NCBI GenBank assembly: GCA_963827475.1
Contig: CAWHAZ010000005.1
Coordinates: forward strand, 320,001 to 384,000
Reading direction: 5' to 3'
Length of the DNA stretch: 64,000 bases
Source: an uncultured Chloroflexia bacterium
GTDB lineage: Bacteria > Chloroflexota > Limnocylindria > QHBO01
The notes under the pieces were generated by a model. That model did no database searches, was not told the DNA's origin, and saw only the letters and a program-made list of their open reading frames with translations. The position numbers and the translations under genes are program-made. Positions 61,786-64,000 of the stretch are shown piece after piece (position 1 is the first letter of the stretch; each line of letters starts with the position of its first letter).

Positions 61786-63084
61786 CTAGGCGTCGTACTT
61801 GCGGAAGACGATCGTGCCGTTGTGCCCGCCGAGCCCCATGGAGTTCGAGAGCCCGACCTGCACGTCCGCCTGGCGGGCGGTGTGCGGCACGTAGTCGAGG
61901 GTCAGCGCCGGGTCGGGATGGTTGAGGTTGATCGTCGGCGGGATCCAGCCGGTGTCGAGGACCTTGACCGTGGCCCACCCCTCGAACGCGCCGGCTGCGC
62001 CCATCATGTGGCCGGTCATCGACTTCGTGGAGCTGATCGCCAGCTTTCGGGCGTGGTCCCCGAAGACGGCCTCGATGGCCTGCGTCTCCGACAGGTCGTT
62101 CAGCGGCGTACCGGTGCCGTGGGGGTTGATGTACTCGATCTCGGTCGGGTCGATGCCGCCCCGCTCCATCGCCCAGCGCATCGATCGCTGGCTGCCCTCG
62201 CCGAACTCCGGCGGAGCGGCCATGTGGAACGCGTCCGCCGCGCTGCCGTAGCCGACGAGCTCCGCGATCGGGCGCGCCCCCCGGGCAAGGGCGTGCTCGA
62301 GCTCCTCGAGGACGAGGACCGCGCAGCCCTCGGCGATGACGAAGCCGTTGCGCGTGGCGTCAAACGGCCGTGAGGCGATCGACGGCACGTACTCGCCGGT
62401 GTCGGGGTCGATCGGCGTGCCCAGTGCCCGCATCTGTCCGAACCCGGCGAAGGCCAGGGGGACGAGCGCAGCCTCGGTGCCGGCGCCGAGCATGAGATCG
62501 GCCTGGCCGCGGATGATCGTCTCGGCCGCCTCACCGATGGCGTGGCTGCCGGTGGCACAGGCGCTGACCACCGCGGTGTTCGGGCCGCGGATGCCGAACT
62601 GGATGGCGACCATCCCTGACGGGCTGTCGACCAGCATGTGGGGGATCGTCCACGGCGACACCCGGTTGGCGCCGACGTCCCAGTACTTCTTCGCGTTCTC
62701 GAGCAGGACGCTGACCCCGCCGCAGCCGGAGCCGAAGACCATCCCGATCCGGTCGGGATCGGCCTCCTCGCGCAGGATCTGGCTGGTGCCGTTGATCAGG
62801 CCCGCATCGCGCAGCGCCTCCGCGGTCGCGGCCACCGCCATCTGGGTCGCCCGGTCGTGGCGGCGGACGTCCTTGGGGTCCATCTCGCGGGTCGGGTCGA
62901 AGTCGGGGACCTCGCCGCCGATGCGGATCTCCTGGTCCGACAGGTCGGCGATCGTCACCTCCCGGATGCCGGACTTCCCGGCGACCAGGTTGGCCCACGC
63001 GGTCTCGTTGCCGATGCCGACCGGGGACACGACCCCCAGGCCGGTGACCATCGCGCGTCGGGCCGGGCGCCCGTTGCCGCTCAT
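61786..63084 (-). CDS. fabF: Beta-ketoacyl-ACP synthase II
   Basis: VTGLG.VSP.G, SACATG, SRPFD..R.GF, HGTGT..ND, SSTKSMTGH and SNS.G.GGHN motifs. Confidence 0.95.
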   Translation of the reverse strand: MSGNGRPARRAMVTGLGVVSPVGIGNETAWANLVAGKSGIREVTIADLSDQEIRIGGEVPDFDPTREMDPKDVRRHDRATQMAVAATAEALRDAGLINGTSQILREEADPDRIGMVFGSGCGGVSVLLENAKKYWDVGANRVSPWTIPHMLVDSPSGMVAIQFGIRGPNTAVVSACATGSHAIGEAAETIIRGQADLMLGAGTEAALVPLAFAGFGQMRALGTPIDPDTGEYVPSIASRPFDATRNGFVIAEGCAVLVLEELEHALARGARPIAELVGYGSAADAFHMAAPPEFGEGSQRSMRWAMERGGIDPTEIEYINPHGTGTPLNDLSETQAIEAVFGDHARKLAISSTKSMTGHMMGAAGAFEGWATVKVLDTGWIPPTINLNHPDPALTLDYVPHTARQADVQVGLSNSMGLGGHNGTIVFRKYDA

Positions 63085-64000
63085 AGGGTCGTCTTGGGGG
63101 TCTTCGCCCGCTTCGGCGCCTTGGCCGCTCCCGGCGACGGGCAGCCAGCCGTCTTCTGCGTCGTCGAGGGCGTGGGCGTTGGACTCGGGGCTGATGCGCT
63201 TGATCAGGCCGGTCAGGACCCGGCCCGGACCGATCTCGACGAAGTCGGTCACCCCGATGGCGGCCATGTTGCGGACGGTGGCCACCCACTGCACCCCGTG
63301 GACCAGGTGATCGCTCAGCTCGGTGCGAAGCCCATCGGCGCTGCGGATCATGTTGGCGTGGACGTTGCTGACCAGCGGCACTGACGGGTCGCGGAACGGC
63401 GTCCGCTCGAGGACCTTGGCGAACTCGTCGCGGGCGTGGCGCATGAGCGGGGAGTGGCTGGCGACGCTCACCGTCAGCTGGACCGCGCGGCGGGCACCGA
63501 CCGTCTTGCTCATCTCCAGCGCGAACACGAGGGCCGGGAGCACGCCGCTGAGCACGACCTGGCCCGGGGCGTTGATGTTCGCCACCGAGATCTCGCCGTG
63601 CGCACGAGCCTTGTCGACGACCTCGGCCGCCTGCTCCTCCGACAGACCGATGACCGCGCCCATCCCGCCGTCGATCCCGCGCTCCTGCATGATCCGGCCG
63701 CGCTCGCGCACGAGGCGCAGGGCTTCGTCGAAATCGACCGCCCCGGCGGCGATGGCGGCCGCGTACTGCCCCGCCGAGTGGCCGGCCACGGCGAGCGGGT
63801 TCAGCGTCACGCCGGCGGCCTTCGCCCGCTCGCGGAGATGCTCGAGGGCGGCGACGCTGGCGGCCAGGATCGCGGGCTGGGCGTTGATCGTGGTATCGAG
63901 CTCGTCCGCCGGTCCCTCGAACATCAGGCGGGACAGGGCGAAGCCCAGCGCCTTGTCGGCGCGCTCGAAGATCGTGCCGGCGACCGCCGAGCTCTCGGCC
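63081..64000 (-). CDS. fabD: Malonyl-CoA:ACP transacylase (5'-partial)
   Basis: AQPAI, GHSAG, AN.N.PGQ.V.SG, SH.PLM and EIGPG.VL.GL motifs; runs off the window end. Confidence 0.93.

Overview
High-GC bacterial chromosomal segment. Gene content is consistent with a monoderm-type organism such as Chloroflexota (e.g. Limnocylindria-like) or Actinomycetota; this taxonomy is inference only. The window holds about 55 genes: F420-dependent enzymes, a copper P1B-ATPase/YHS pair with a CsoR-type operator, glycogen genes (glgA/glgM, glgP), a DosRS-like hypoxia module with a cupredoxin-fused copper nitrite reductase, LigC and Prim-PolC repair genes, a complete pentose-phosphate operon (tkt-tal-pgi-gnd-zwf-opcA-pgl), a giant 360-bp-repeat surface protein, cysS, fabF/fabD and one tRNA-Gly(TCC). 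Many genes, including essential cysS, are split by 1-nt frameshifts, which points to uncorrected long-read indels rather than real decay. The most striking unexplained signal is a ~540-nt intergenic region (3673-4209). It has its own -10 element and folds by eye almost end to end into nested helices capped by CUUG, UUCG, GNRA and T-loop-like loops. It is a candidate large structured non-coding RNA lacking the hallmarks of RNase P, tmRNA, SRP or group I/II introns. All folding and family assignments were made by inspection; no searches were run.
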